Shown in pieces: positions 63,606-64,000 of a stretch of DNA of 64,000 nt. Location: the NCBI GenBank assembly GCA_963789955.1, contig CAWBMV010000036.1, positions 32,001 through 96,000 of the forward strand, read 5' to 3'. Every line of letters starts with the position of its first letter. The first letter of the stretch is position 1. This DNA comes from an uncultured Candidatus Rokubacteria bacterium (lineage in GTDB: Bacteria > Methylomirabilota > Methylomirabilia > Rokubacteriales > CSP1-6). The translations under genes and the position numbers were made by a program. The notes under the pieces are model-generated. The model was not told the DNA's origin and searched no databases. It saw only the letters and a program-made list of their open reading frames with translations.

Positions 63606-64000
63606 ATGCTCGCCTACCTCGTGTTCTTCGCGTGCATCGTGCTGATCCTCGGGGTCCTCACGCTCGGCCTGAATCTGCAGTGGGGGTTCACCGGGCTGTT
63701 CAACGCCGGCGTGGTCGGCTTCTACGCGATCGGCGCCTACACGCACGCGATCCTCACCGCGGCGCCGCAACCCCAGTACGTCGGCAACTTCGGCCTGCCC
63801 TGGCCCGTGGGCGTCCTGGCCGCGATGGCGTCGACGGCGCTCGCCGGCTGGCTGATCGGACTCGTCACGATTCGCCTGCGCGGCGACTACCTGGCCATCG
63901 CGACGTTCGGCGTCGCCGTCTCCATCCAGCTCGTCGCGCTCAACTGGGAGCCGCTCACCGGCGGCCCGCAGGGGCTCACGCGCATCGGCCGGCCGCTCGC
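63606..64000 (+). CDS. livM: Branched-chain amino acid ABC permease (LivM-like), runs off the window
   Basis: LGLNLQWGFTGLFNAG..GFYAIGAY, RLRGDYLAIAT, TGGPQG. Confidence 0.88.
   Translation, partial: MLAYLVFFACIVLILGVLTLGLNLQWGFTGLFNAGVVGFYAIGAYTHAILTAAPQPQYVGNFGLPWPVGVLAAMASTALAGWLIGLVTIRLRGDYLAIATFGVAVSIQLVALNWEPLTGGPQGLTRIGRPL

Overview
GC-rich bacterial chromosomal window, probably close to oriC. Gene content and the small-protein families suggest Ca. Rokubacteria/Methylomirabilota, which is an inference only. Many conserved genes are split by single-base frameshifts (yidC, rsmG, atpF, livG/F/H and others), most likely uncorrected long-read indels. Left part (1-12.3 kb): yidD-yidC-mnmE-rsmG-parS-parA-parB-mnmA and atpFHAGDC. 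Next come a signalling operon behind a sigma54-type promoter (receiver, HD-GYP, degenerate Abi/CPBP protein, histidine kinase), a DUF507 pair, ubiX, a GT2, tRNA-Leu, smpB and tmRNA. The best candidate for an undescribed system is the 8-gene operon directly after ssrA (22.4-30.7 kb): HAD phosphatase, NTP transferase, ATP-grasp protein, class III aminotransferase, Gfo/Idh/MocA dehydrogenase, CDP-alcohol phosphotransferase, CopD-like protein and flippase-like protein. It looks like a pathway for an amino-cyclitol/amino-polyol phospholipid head group. Other notable items: a tandem-domain SpeD-fold decarboxylase with one apparently dead domain paired with a deoxyhypusine-synthase-like enzyme; an acyltransferase overlapping a Spinster-type MFS; a STAND adenylate cyclase next to a redoxin; a decayed 5 kb island at tRNA-Arg(TCT) with an IS481, a degenerate att repeat and an integrase stub; a solitary T4-type lysozyme; and a structured infA leader. 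All functional calls come from motif recognition by eye. No database searches were run.
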